Assembly (NCBI GenBank): GCA_963693365.1
Contig: CAVNZM010000016.1
Coordinates: forward strand, 6,927,029 to 6,991,028
Length of the DNA: 64,000 nucleotides
Reading direction: 5' to 3'
From: Amoebidium appalachense
Taxonomy: Eukaryota; Protista; Ichthyosporea
Shown here one piece after another: positions 17,113 to 51,197 of this stretch. The notes beneath the pieces are model-generated. The model worked only from the letters and a program-made list of their open reading frames with translations, was not told where the DNA came from and did not search any database. The translations under genes and the position numbers were made by a program. Each line of letters opens with the position of its first letter. Positions within the stretch are counted from its first letter, which is position 1.

Positions 17113-17939
17113 TTACTTGTCCTCCTTGACGAGGTCCTTCTTGAGCACACCCATGAAGCTCTTCTTCTCGGCGTGCGTCTGGAAGCGACCGTGGCCGAAC
17201 TTGGACGAGGTGTCGATGAACTTAAGGGTGATCTTCTCGAGGGCGGCACGCTTGGTGTGTGTGTGCAGGCACTTGCGCAGAGTCAGAACGCGCTTCTTGG
17301 GGCCCACCACGCAGCCCTTGAGCAGGACAAAGTCGTTGACCACCTCACCGTAGTGGGGGAACCCACCCATTGGGGTGATGGACTTGTCCGTAAGATCGTA
17401 CTCGGTGGAGGCGTTGTTCTTGATAGTCTGTGGGGATGTCGTGTGAGATCGTGCAATGCATGGAAATAAAGTGTCATTCAAGAACCCCCCTTTCCCCCCC
17501 CACCCACCCAAAAAAACAAGCACATACACACAACCCTGGATCACGAGCACATCTAGAACTCCAAATTGTGGTTGAATCGCATCCATTCCCCGAGAAAGGC
17601 AGCCATAGAAAATCCATCATCGAAAGCTATCCGTCCTCCCCCCTCCATACCACCCACATAAACCGCCCTTTCCCTCAAAACACAGACGTCTCCCCCATTG
17701 TTTACTTAGAGCCAAGGAGGAACCGAAACACATGCTTTGTGTTGACCAGGGTACACAAAAGCATCCACAGAACAAAACAGTATCCACCCCCCCTCCCCCC
17801 ACCCCTTCACTGACGTGCCTGAAAACAAACAACTGGCAGCCACCCCTCCCGCAGAAAACCGACTCCTAAACCTCTCAGCCGTAAACCCAGAATAGTATCT
17901 ACAGTCCTTCAATGCATGAGCCCAAGCACGGGTACAGGA

Positions 17940-17980
<41 letters not shown>

Positions 17981-20743
17981 CACACACACACAAAACCTCC
18001 CACACACTAACCACCACAACACACACCTTGCCGTCCTCGGTGCGGATGGCATCACCGATGCGGTAGATCTTCTTGTTCTGCTCGGTACGGTGGTGGTAAC
18101 CGTTCTGACCGGCGCGGGGGACAGTGAAGCCCACGCGGGCAGGGTGCCAAGAGCCAATGCAGGCAACCTGAAGGTGGGAGGAGAGTAAGCATAACATGCA
18201 AAAACAAGGCAGCAGGATGTGGGCAAGGTAATAACCATGCACGAATCACTACTAAGCAGGCACGGAGAGAATTATGCATCAGGAAGGCTAAAACTGACCA
18301 GTAACAGTGCCACTAAAGAACATTTCCCCTCCCACTCCCGATGCGACGTACGTGTCACATCAACCTCCAACTCCCCCCCCCCCCCCCCGCACACCAACAT
18401 TTTGATACCTCGGGATACGGGAACCAAGTCCTGCCTCAAGGAACACACCTTCCAGAAACCATTACCCCATCCCATCTCTATTATTAGCACACCGAGCTAT
18501 TTATATACCTTGCGCAGACCACGGTGGGTCTTGCGGCGCAGCTTCTTGGTGCCCCAGCGGAAGGTCACACCCTCGTACCCGTGACCGGTGGTGACACCGA
18601 TGATGTCAATCATCTCGTCCTGGGCAAACACGTTCTTGACGGGCACCTCCTTCTCGAACAGGCCCTGGGCAAAGGCCACCTTGTCGGCAATGGAGCCGCC
18701 GTTGACCTGGATCTCCATGATGTGGGCCTTCTTCTGGCCCAGGTTGAGCTTGGACACCTGCGTGTGGGCCAGCACGCGCACGACCGTGCAGTACTTCTTG
18801 ATGCGCTCAAGGTCCGCCTCGAGCTCCTTCTTGCCGGCCTCGTCCTTCCACTTCTTGCTGCTCATGAAAATAAGTCAGTGGCATGTTCACCACAACCATG
18901 AAGCCAACTCTGCTGTTTCACACCGAACAAAAAATACCCAGAGCCTCTAATCCACTGGCAGTTGTCAGATCCTTCCCCTTTCCTCACCCCCCCCCCCCCC
19001 CAAAAAAAAAACACCCTTGAAGACAATCCTTGGGTACAAATAGAGCTCATGGCAATTATTCACCAGCAGCAACGTAGGCTGGGACCGTGCCCTTACAGCC
19101 ACCTGAGGCTCTGTTAAACCATTCAAAAACTCTTTCACGCACTAATGCAAGCTGCTTCGACACATTCAGGATCCTTTGCCTGCTCATCGGCCCCAGACAA
19201 TTTTCTTGCCACTATGCGGTGCACAGCCAAAAGTCATCAAGAGCTTCACCCCTCCTCCTTCCCGTTCAAGGACTTTCAGACAACAAGCACGTTCCAGGCT
19301 GTTATTGAGATCCCCATCCGTTCTCACACTCTTTCCCCACACTGCCTGTTTATTCCCGTCCACCCACACAATGTGCCCTAATCTCCAACGCACCCTTGCT
19401 CATGCACAAGCAAACATACACACCTGTACTTGGTGAAGGCCTTCTTCTTGGAGCGGTACCAGTTCTTGTAGAAGCGGCGCTTGACCTCATCAGTGAGGTT
19501 CTGTGTCCACACCGTGGCCAGGGCACGCAGGCCGCGGGGGGTGGCAACGTAGCCCACAACACCCACAACAACCATGGGGGGTGTCTCGATGACCGTCACG
19601 GCCTCGACGACCTCCTTCTTGTGCATCTCTGTGTGGAGATGTGGTTACATGGTGCACAAAATATTCCAAAATAAAAAGTACCTCCAAGGAAAAAGTTCAT
19701 AAAACGCTTTCAAGTTGGGAATACCTGTACGGCAGCACCATATTTTAACACGAGCACAGGCTCTACACGAGGCAAAAGAGTGCAGAGGCCTGTGTGTGGG
19801 AACATTTTTGTGTACGTGTGGGCCGTCTTTCTTTGCATGTGTGCGTGTCTGGGGCGGGGGAGGGGGGGGGGGGGATACGTACTGGCGCCGATTCTGTCGA
19901 CCTCACGCACGATGTGGGTCATGCCGGCCTTGAAGCCCATGAAGGCCGTCAGGTGGCACGGCTTGGAGGCATCGTCGCGGGGGAACGACTTCACCTTACC
20001 GCGGTGGCGCTCAGCGCGCTTGCGCGGCAGGAAACCGAGAGACCCGTGGCGGGGCCGTTCGAACTTTCGGTGACTGTGTGTGTGTGCGCGTGCAATGTGT
20101 GTATGTGTGTGTATATGTGTATGCATGCGCGCGCGTATTTGTGCGTGTATGTGCAGGTGTGTATGTGTGTGTGTGTTTGCAAGTATGTGTATGTGTGTGT
20201 ATGTGTGTGCGTTTGCGCACGTGGATGTGTTTGTGTGTGTGAATGTGTATGTGTGTTTAAAGATTGCGTGTGTGTGTCAGAAAGGCTAGAGTTCGGATAG
20301 CATCAGTCGTGTGGTTGCATGTGTTAAAAAATGCACAAGAATTTAGACGAGTCGCCATACTCACGGCGTGTAGTGAACCTCCCAGTGCCTCTTCCTCATG
20401 CAACACCATCAGCTTGGTTGGGTCACACCACAATAAGTGGCCTAGGGTGTGGAAAATTTAAACCCTGTTGTTGTTATATATTTCCGTTCCAGCTCTGTCG
20501 ATGTTCCCCCACCAGCAACCATGTCTCCGTCTTTCTGGACAACGTCAACGTTTGAACTCATCGCTCCAAACATGACTTGCTGGGCTCACACTTGCTTGCC
20601 CACCACCACCATCATCCTCGTATCCATCCATCCGCATCCTCTCCAATTTCCGCCCATCCATCACCCCAACATGAAACTAGCCTTGTAAACTGTGTCTTTT
20701 CTCGCCTAAAACGACATCAGACCAAAAAAAATTCTCACCTCAT
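17113..20743 (-). CDS. RPL3: 60S ribosomal protein L3 (uL3), 6 exons, 401 aa
   Basis: Exons 20743-20739, 20073-19883, 19628-19424, 18857-18509, 18167-18027 and 17427-17113; all introns are GT-AG and in frame (1206 nt). The protein reads [21 protein letters not shown]...KAGMTH...[14 protein letters not shown]...[16 protein letters not shown]. Confidence 0.97.
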
Positions 20744-21269
20744 GATGATGATCCCCGAAGGAAAGGACTGAGAAAGAGGCTTCAACGCGCAATAAATCGG
20801 CCGCACAAACGAGAACTGTGTGCTGTGCACGTGCGGCGTGCTGGTGTACGCTTGCGCAAATCAGGAATGTAGATGGTAAATTAAGCCAATCAGAATGAAA
20901 TTGCTTAGCCAATAGATTTGGCTCAGTAGATGACGGTGTTACGTCATCTTTTGCGGACGTGGAAGAAGGAAAAAACGCAGGAAAACCATGAGACAAATGT
21001 CGGGTGTGGAAAAGTATGACAACAGAGATCTTTAATGTAAATAACTGAACGGAGGTGCTCTACTTTCGACAACTGTATTTCCTGTGAATGGGCACTCCAA
21101 CACAAATCCACAATTCTTTTCCATTACCAGCACACAAAAGTCAACCTTCCGCGGAGGTGGCACCAGCACGAAGCACTAAAGCTCGTTTCCACTATTCGGC
21201 GAGGCTCAAGCCCGCGTAGGTGAAGCTCTACACGGTGGAAATTCCTTAATAAACAGGCATGAAGTGCAC
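20744..21269. promoter_or_regulatory. Probable bidirectional promoter of RPL3/ALKBH5 with CCAAT boxes, CRE half-sites and a TOP-like pyrimidine tract on the RPL3 strand
   Basis: CCAAT at 20886 and 20909; TGACG..CGTCA at 20931-20946. The minus strand reads CCTCTTTCTCAGTCCTTTCCTTC at ~20779-20757, just upstream of the RPL3 ATG. Confidence 0.55.
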
Positions 21270-27025
<5,756 letters not shown>

Positions 27026-27164
27026 GGGATGAACGATTATGTGTGTGTGTGTAGGGTGGGAAGGGGGTAGGTAGGAGGGTTGGGGGCCCTGGTTGGAGGG
27101 GGGAGGGTGTGTGTGTGTGGGGGGGGGGGGGGGGGGGGGGATGGGGGTGTTGAGTGTGTGGGTG

Positions 27165-27219
<55 letters not shown>

Positions 27220-28277
27220 CGGACAGCGTTGAGTTCTAAACCTTTTCTTTGGGTGATTTTCCCCTGTTCACCTGTCTGTACGTGTTTTTGGCTGAACGAA
27301 TGATTTGCACTTGGGGGCTTGTTTGAGAGGGCCATTGGTGGCTGGTGGCTGTTTGGGGCGAAGAATGAGGTGGCGTGTGGCTGCTGTGGTTTGGATGTGT
27401 GTTTGGGTAGTTGGGGGGGGGGGGGGGGGGGGGGGATGACATGCTGACGGTTAACTGGATTTATGTGGACGATGTGAATGTATATATAGTAATATCACAA
27501 TGCAAGTATGTGCTTGAGAGCAATGGATATTGATCTGTGTGATCTGCCCTTATTTGTATTTATATGCCCACACTTTTTGTATGAGGGTTAGTGCCACAGG
27601 ACTGTATATAGACATAATGAAATTTATGAAATCAAACCCCAGATCCTAGTAGAAGGATATCGAATCTCCCCAGGGTTCATATGTACTTACGTGTTGGTGA
27701 AGGGGGCATATGCATGCATGTGCACAGTATGGCTTGTGGGCTTTCAAGCTTTGGGAGATTGGGATGCAGAGGAAGATGATATATGTTGGGACACGGGCAG
27801 TATGTGCATGAAACAAGTGCTTGTGTACGTGCAGGTCACGTGCATGCTACCATATCGGGCAATAATAATAAATTAGTACATGAACACCTTGGAATCCAAG
27901 ATCATGAAGGTGCTTTGTGATCATATCGAAAGGGTTTACAGCCGAGTTGGCATCCTAGGGTGTGTATTTTTGGTGATCACATGACTATGTACTAAGATTA
28001 TATTTCGTGATCAGATCTGCTTCGGCGGCAAAGCACACTTTTGTGTGGCTATAGTATGCAGTCATAATGCATTCAGTTAAGGCGTATGGTGCACTGAGTG
28101 ATCACATGAACACGTGTGGCTGTGAGAACAGTTGCGAACATGCAGATTTGGACAAGAAGAGAAGGGGGGGGGGGGGGATGCGCCATGCATAAGAGCTACG
28201 AATACACATTCACAATCAGATGTACATTGGACAACACAATTTTGAGTACAAACGTTTAAGCACACAAAGGACCGGTA

Positions 28278-28446
28278 TGCAAAATATATGCATAGCCCAT
28301 CATCAGGGGGGGCCCACGTCATAGACAGGTACCCGAGTTTCGATCGACCCATTCACCTCGTCGACGAAACCCAACTCAGATGTACTGTTTCACTTGAACA
28401 TGGGTGGGTCACCCGTCTTGATCAGGCGAGCAGGGTTACTTTTGCA
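28278..28446 (-). ncRNA. Candidate structured RNA / SINE-like core; diverged solo copy of the element in the 453-bp array
   Basis: Colinear similarity to 42712-42872 with compensatory substitutions in three stems. Family unidentified; strand inferred. Confidence 0.45.
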
Positions 28447-28616
28447 AACAGGCAACATGCAAGGGCAGTGGGAAAGGCCTGGGGTTGAAGTTGCAGCAGT
28501 AAACAGAAGCAAGACAATTATGGTATGGGGTACCATGAATTTCAGCAAGCCACAAGCAGTAAGCATGGCACATATTACTAAAGTGCACCTGTGTGTATGC
28601 CTTGGACGCGTGGGGG

Positions 28617-28653
<37 letters not shown>

Positions 28654-29540
28654 GGATGGGCATGATAATTATGCATTAGAGGATGATTTCGAAAAGGGAG
28701 AAAGAGTGTAGCTCCAACAAAGAACACATACACACAACACGACACATGCATGTACTTGGAAAACAGGCAGATGGCCATTAAAACATGGCGACGATTCAAC
28801 AGTGCAAACATCATATGTTTATACATTTGCGGATAAGTGTGTTGTGTTTTGTGCGGGTACTTGTACGTTTACGTGTTTGTGGTGATTGTGGTGGTGGTTT
28901 GAGTGTGTATGTATGCGCGCGCGTGAGCGTATGTATGTGCTTTTGTATGTGGCAGTGCTGTTCATGAGTAGAAGGGCTAAGAGCGCAGCAGTTTTTGTGT
29001 GAGGGGCCCAAGCCCGTACATAAACCAGAGTTATGTTGATATAAACCAATAAATATTCATCACCAATATTAATTCTGTTTCATTCACCACCGGTGATGGG
29101 CTGAATTATAGCTCACGACCTGAGGCCCATTCAATTACACATTGAGGATTTGTGTAGCGAAATGATTATCCAAATCCCGCCCTCCCCCATACACGGACCA
29201 ATATCGAATATTTGCTGATATTGGCAGGCTCTCACCACTATATATATACACAAACACAGAGAAATAAGATAGGAGACAATTCATAATACGGGAATATTAT
29301 AGTATCAACACCGTTCATCCGGCATTATCCACTATAGGGCCAGTGGCATAGATACCACTACTCTTAACATAATTACATGGGAGCGACGGTTTTTGTTATA
29401 CACGTGTGTGTGCATGTGCACACATGCTAATGTGCCTATGTGTGCTTCCGCGTGGGCGCGGCGCATGTGTGTGGGTGTGTGGGTGTGCGTGTGCAGGCGC
29501 GCCCGTGACGTGTACTTTTGTGCGTGTATTCCCGAGAGAG

Positions 29541-29614
<74 letters not shown>

Positions 29615-29640
29615 ATGCACGTGTTTGCACGTGCATATGC

Positions 29641-31095
29641 CTAGCAGTTAGCAGTAGGCAGGGTAGCTTGCCCGGCCTTCATCCTCTTAGCATAGATGGT
29701 ATCGAGCCGTCTGGTGTATAAGTGCACCCCCCTGTAGAAGGTCACCGCCGCACAGATAATCCCCAGCATGGCCCCTGCACACACAAACCCTTCCGTTAGA
29801 ACCGGCAAATAGGAATACTTATTGGCCCACTTCTCCCCCCTCCCCACCCTTGCCTCTCCCTCTCCCCCCCCCCTCCCCCCGGCCCTGCATCTTGCCCACC
29901 AACACACAGACACATAGACACCATTGCGCACAAACCTATCCATTTCCCAACAGTATAAGATGCATGTAGATATGCACATGCCCCGAGTGTCTGTCCCTCA
30001 AACAGAGGACAAGGGGAAGACAGTGGGAAGAAAAGTGAGGGGGCTTTGCAGGCGACCAAAACGAGACGAGCATCAGCAAGGAAGCGGAGGGAGAGGCGCG
30101 GCGGAGGGGGGGAGGGGGGAGGGGGGTGGAGAAGGTGGGAAGGGAGGGGGCTTTACAACATGTTACAGTACGATTGGGGGGGGGGGGGGGAGGGGAGGGA
30201 TAAAGGGTGGTAGGAGAGGGGGGAGGGGGGGACCAGTCATTCCAGTGGTAAAGTTTCGAGCAATTGACCTCGAACATGAGGGTAAAGGAAGAGGACGGCG
30301 AAGAGGGGGCTTGTGTGTGTGGGTCGGGAGGTGGGGGGGGGGGAAGGGAGGAAGGAGGAGGATAGTGAGTCATTGTAGCGGGCCTCAAGAATTTCTTATA
30401 ATGATCTTGTGAGTGTGGTAATGGGGGGAAGGTTTCGAAGATTACAGTGAGAGCACACTCCCGTGGGTGGGGAAAGTGGGATTCGACAGTGATCATTGTC
30501 TTGCCGGGGGGGGGGGGGGGGGGGGGGGGGGAGGGGGGGGGCTGAGGGCATGGGAAGTGCGGAAGCAAATTTCATCTTGGGATACTCGCAAATAAGGGCA
30601 GAAAGCAGAAACAATATATGCAGAGACAAGAGGGAAGGCACTTGAAAACAAAGCATCATCTGGGGGGGTTTCTATGCATCCATCAAGCAAAGTGTTTCAA
30701 TTCCTTATCCTCTCGAACCCAGGTTAAGTCGGGTCAATCCGTCTTGGGTAAAGATGGGCTGAGTCGTTCAAGAAGCAGCAATCCAAACACAAACAAGCAG
30801 ACCGTAAGTCGGGCTCTACCAGGCACGCATATTTCTACCGGGTGGTGGGGGGGAGAAGGGGGAGGGGGAGACAGAGGGAACAAAGGAGGAGGAGAGAGGG
30901 GATGGATTGGAAGGTTAGGGGGAGGGGGGAGGGGGAAGAAGTGAGATGGGGGTGAGGGGAGGGGGGGGGGGGGGGGGGGAGATGATGGGGGGAGGGGATG
31001 GGGGGAGGAAATGACGGGGAGATCATCTCAACTGGGCATAAGGAGCTGAGAGAACGGGGTGGATGGGGTGGTGGTGCGGAGGTGGAGTGGGGGGG

Positions 31096-31138
<43 letters not shown>

Positions 31139-32330
31139 TTAAAACACAAAAACAGAACAGAGACAGCGTAAAAAAGAAAAGAGAATACCTTTGAAGAGGT
31201 GGGGAAGGGAGGGTGTCTGTGGGAAACGGGGGGGAGGGGGGGGGGGGGGGGGGGGGAGAGAGAGAGAGAGAGTGTGTATGCTTTAAGGTGGGGAAACTTG
31301 ATGTCGTAAAGCAGAACGAAAAGACGAAAAGGTACAAGGGCACGAGAACAAAACCGTCCTAAAGGGAAAGGGAGGGGGGGGGGGGGGCGGGAAGGGAAAG
31401 GTGTGGGGTGAGGGGTGTGAGGATGCACCAACCAGCGTTCACATCAGAAGGGTGGTGCTTGTAGTCGATAAGGCGGGAGGCTGCAAGGAACAGTGCACCA
31501 GCAGGCCCAATAAACAGCGCTACACCACGTGCAATGTCCAAGCCCTGCTCGGCAACGTGCCCTCTCTCTCTGCGCGCTGCCAGAGTGCGTGGGTCTTCTG
31601 GACGCACATACAGTGACCACATGGTGTAGAACATCATGTAGAACCCTTGGCAGAAAGCCATGCTGGTGTGACCAGAAGGGTAGCTCACCCTCCCTTCCTT
31701 CAGCTCCGCAGAATCTTGGTTGGTGCACTTTGACGTGTCTGTCCCAGCAAACCGAATGTAATAATCCTGGGGAGTCTCTGGAAGATCGCAGCGGGAAAGG
31801 AAGTCTGGACGAAGGCGACCAACAAAGTACTTTAGCCACACAGTAAGGGCAACCGTGATAGCCATTGCCACGGCAAGGTCGATAGCATAGTATAGAAACG
31901 TGTAAAAGCGGAAACCGTTGTTTTGCTTGGCATGCCGGCACAGGAACTGCTCAAAAAGAACAAAGTAGAGAAGGATGGCGATGTATGTGACAACAAACAG
32001 CATCATGTTAAAAGAATCCTGGTTGGGGCCTGGGTAGGAAATTGTCGCATCCCACGAGGCAAAGAAGCGCTGACGTGGCTGCAGAAACCACTTATCCCCG
32101 CAGCCTGCAGGCAACAAGATGACAATCAACACAAAGAGAAGAACGAGCCACGACTGTTTCTTGATAGCCTCCGTGTATGTTAGGTGGAGCTCGTTAACAC
32201 CATCTACTGCCAGAAGGGATGTTTTGCCCTTGGGATCGTCCGATTCAGAGGGTCCTACAGCCCCCATTTCTATCCCCTTTCCTTGGCCGGTGGCGGCCTC
32301 CGTGCTATAGTCGACTACCTCTGCAGCCAT
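29641..32330 (-). CDS. PAP2-family lipid phosphate phosphatase, 2 exons, 343 aa
   Basis: Exons 32330-31433 and 29774-29641 join through a phase-1 GT-AG intron with a CTAAC branch point. Catalytic motifs are KYFVGRLRP, SYPSGH and SRLIDYKHHPSDVNAG, with multiple transmembrane segments. Confidence 0.92.
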
Positions 32331-33196
32331 GTTTGTTGTCAACTCTCGACCCTACTATGTAATGTGTTAGTTACAAGAACATGAAGAAACGAGAAGTTTT
32401 TCTAAAAGGAACATGACTGAGCATATAGGTGAAGTGAAGCTCTTCTGGGAAAAAAAATCTGCGAATTTTTTTTGCTTGCAATTTGTTTGCCAGCTGGCCG
32501 GCGCGCAGGGGAATCGACGATCGGATCGACAAACACACAAAAAGGCGTTAGCTGTAGCGTGATATTCAGCGAATAGGTAGAGTTATAAATATCATAAATG
32601 TTGTAGGCGATTGGTTGCCAGCGGCATTAGACGAGTGTCGGCTCAGGCAGCTGACGGCCCTGAGCCCCGCGAGGGCCCTGTACATGTGGGAAGCATAATA
32701 CACAAACAAAGAGTGCAAAAGGCAGCAGATGCATATAAATCCACCATATGGGTATGTATGTTTTGTTTTTTCCATTGTGATAATCTAAGCTACCTCAGGA
32801 AAGCTTCTAAATATCAATGCCTTGAAGTTGCCGGCTTTGCTGGTTCTAGATCTCGGGCCCGGACCCGGCAGTTGCCAAATTTGGTAAGCAATGATTGGTT
32901 GACCAAGCACCAGCTAGAACGCGGCGTTCTCACTCTTCCAAGCATTCGTGTGTCACGGGTTGCGTGTTGCTGTGTGTGTTTTTAAGCAAGGTTGTTTATG
33001 TACTGTACGCCACTATGTATGCCCCTACTATACATATAGGAGTACGCTAGCACCTCGCCCGTGCCCACATAGAATAGTGCGAGGTTTGTGGGAGTGTGAG
33101 ATCGAGGGATACACGGACACTCACTCGAACAGGCACACACACATTTACCAAACAACCTCCACACAAGCACACACCAAACCAATTAAAAACCTCGCA

Positions 33197-40260
<7,064 letters not shown>

Positions 40261-40316
40261 CATGGCCACCTGGTTATTCCATCGATCTGATGTGGAATTT
40301 TCTCCCGTCAGTCACA

Positions 40317-40356
<40 letters not shown>

Positions 40357-40434
40357 CCAACACACACACACACACCACCACCACCACCACCACTCCTTAG
40401 AATTTATTTTAGCACGGGGTGACCTTCCTGGTTG

Positions 40435-40465
<31 letters not shown>

Positions 40466-40870
40466 ATGGCCGAAGATTCGAAATGAGAAATATCAACACA
40501 ACTCTATTGAAACTTGCGCACCTGACATATGCAATGCCTGCAAAGTGCAATTAATTAGCATGTGTCATGATATGTACATAGTGAATTAGTTAGGTGTATG
40601 CTTTGTTGATATCGGGAGACTGTACATATTGAAGCCCGTTACCCGTACACGCATACATGCACCAATGAATGGTTCCGCCTTGCGTGCATGTGTGCACATA
40701 CAAAGCCCTCGTTCGCATTACCAATCTTGCATCTTTTTTTTTGTTTTATATGGGTGTTCGAATTCCGATCGAACTGGTTTCGATCGGATTCGAATGTTCT
40801 TTGACAAAGTGTTCAGTTCATATTACTCAACAGCTCGTTTTTGGCTGTATACCGGTGCCAATTCCGCCCG

Positions 40871-40916
<46 letters not shown>

Positions 40917-41463
40917 ATATAACAATTTGATCATGAGGGGCCAGCTAATTAATGCATGCGAGGACGGGGAGGATCGTCAGGGATAACGTGCAAAACCTTC
41001 AATTTCTCCGGGCTGGTCGCCCGGGAAATCAAAAAGTGTCACCTCAGACATGCACCCCAGGCCCGCACCACAGCTGATCGTGATTGTGCACATGTGGACA
41101 TCTAGATGAGAAGTATCCTGTGTGGACGAAAGCTACACAGCTGCAGCTGCATGCAGAAGCCGGACCGATCCGGGCAATACATACATGTGTTATAACGCAT
41201 ACACACTACAAAAGGACATCTACACACACACACACACACAGTCATGTGTGCACGTGGACTCGTGACACAGTCACATGTGCACAAGCACGCGGACATAGAA
41301 TATTATCATACAAACACAGTCGCACACACGTGCACACAGTCACATGTTCAGATATTTGCATGTACACAGTCACACCCACACCCACACACCCACACACAAA
41401 CACCGTCCTGTACATGTGCACACCGTGCGCGCGCACACACATGTACTCACACACACACATGTA

Positions 41464-41519
<56 letters not shown>

Positions 41520-42326
41520 ACGGGTGCATGCACGAGTCTGCACAATCCGTGCATACTGATGTGCATGCATGTGGGGGGTACGAGCAGCAACGAACCGCCT
41601 TCTTACACTGAGATTGCTTTTGTTTTCTGTATCCTGATCGGTCACTACAGCACCGTGGACCAGCCACATCCATGCCTTACGTAACCCTTACGTAAGCACA
41701 TCATACCAATAGTACCAACAAAACATCCAAAGTCAATGGCAGAAACAAAAGCAATATTTGGACCAGAAAATACATAAAGTAGCCACACCATGTGCCTGTA
41801 GGAATCGACATTCGCAGTTTGATTCAAAACAATAAAAAAGTGGAACACAAAGGAATGGAAAAAAAAACAAAAAAAAACAACAGAAAGAACACACTCGATT
41901 GGGACAGAGATTGAAAAGACTAAAAATAGAAACTTCTACGGACGAAGAGGGGAGTAAATCATTCGCACACACTGCTCTGCTGAATCTAATGCCACCACCC
42001 CAACCAATAGAATGCTAACACTCATACCCAAAAAAGGCATGTCGACAGCGAATGTTGCCTTAAAGTGGCATGCTTAGTCTTAACCCTGATAACCAACTAT
42101 AAACCAACAAGGGTGTATTGATAGGAACAGTAGGTGACACACCCAAATTTGGCAATTTATGTCACCAAGACTGTAAAACCTGGCGCCCGTCCTAAACCGT
42201 TTACCGGTGAAATATAACACGGCCACACCCAATATCCCAACTGCACTCCCTCCCTTTTACTTCATATAGAGGTACACGTTCATGCAATCAAACGACCCTA
42301 TTAAGCATGGACTTACGTAAGTCTTG

Positions 42327-50054
<7,728 letters not shown>

Positions 50055-51150
50055 GGTCTACTTAGGCTTGGCAACTAAACGTATACCTATAATGAGACGT
50101 TGTTGCTGATGTTAATGCCTTTTCACAGTACACAAGGTGACTGGCCTGCGTGTGCAACGGTCTACAGGCCTGTCTACAGGCTCTCTGGTCCACATATGGT
50201 TCGGCGCTGAAATCGAAAATGTCTTCCTCGAAAGCTTCTTGAACAAGTTGCTGGATTTTGGGGCTCCTCTGTAATGTCTTCCAATCCTACACCGACGATA
50301 TCGAGGGACACTACATAACGCAAACGCGTTTGCCCGTGCACAGGACATAGCCCATATGTGCATTGTGCACTGCTGAACACACAACACGTCAACATTACCT
50401 ATCTGGATAGGAAGCTTGTCTGGAGCTGCAGTGATGCACACCCACAAGCAACTTGCAGCATATATAATATTGATCCAGCTACAGCCAAGTGGTACCGTGT
50501 ATGTTAGCAACGGGTATGCTTTTGGGATACAAGAATGCGTACCCTAAGGGCATTGCATCCCTGCATTTCGCTTTATCGATAAGTGCCTGTCTGTTTGTGA
50601 TGCGTCAGCACGACTCTGCCCAGTAGGCACCCTTCACGCAAACTGCATAGCAGCTGCAGGGAACTTAACCAGCCAGTACAACGCCCGTGCACACAGCACA
50701 CATCTCAGTTGCGTTGTGCAAATAAATGCACTGGCCCGCTTTTCTGAGTCGCACACCCCATGGACTGATGGAAAACGGAGTACGTGCAGCTAGTTAACTA
50801 TGATGTACGTGTTCATTGCTCTAAGGGACTGGGTAGTATAATTACTATACATAGGCCGGAGCACCTGCCAAGTGGCATGGCCTACCACTAAGGCTTTTGT
50901 CAACGTCAGAGCTATACAGCACTACATTGCTTTGCTGTAGCCAGAACCAGGGAGGGGTTATTTTCAGGAATGCCCCCACATGCTCCGTTTGGCCTGCATG
51001 TTGGTGTGCAGCAAGCCCCGCCGGACCTGCACCCAAAGGCTTGTGAGATCACGTGCGGTCCGACTTGAGCCTGTCGCGAACGCTTTGCGAGGAAATGTAG
51101 CTTCATTGCCACACAAGGTTCTGTTTAATGTAGTAAGGAATATTGAAAGT

Positions 51151-51197
<47 letters not shown>

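Noticed and set aside
40757-40794. Short palindrome TTCGAATTCCGATCGAA..TTCGATCGGATTCGAA
   Set aside because: It is an isolated small hairpin, possibly a transposon subterminal relic, with no partner end or TSD seen.
50845-51036. GAGPAGLAA Rossmann-like motif
   Set aside because: The preceding hydrophobic beta-strand is missing, a stop lies just upstream, and there is no supporting exon or downstream similarity.
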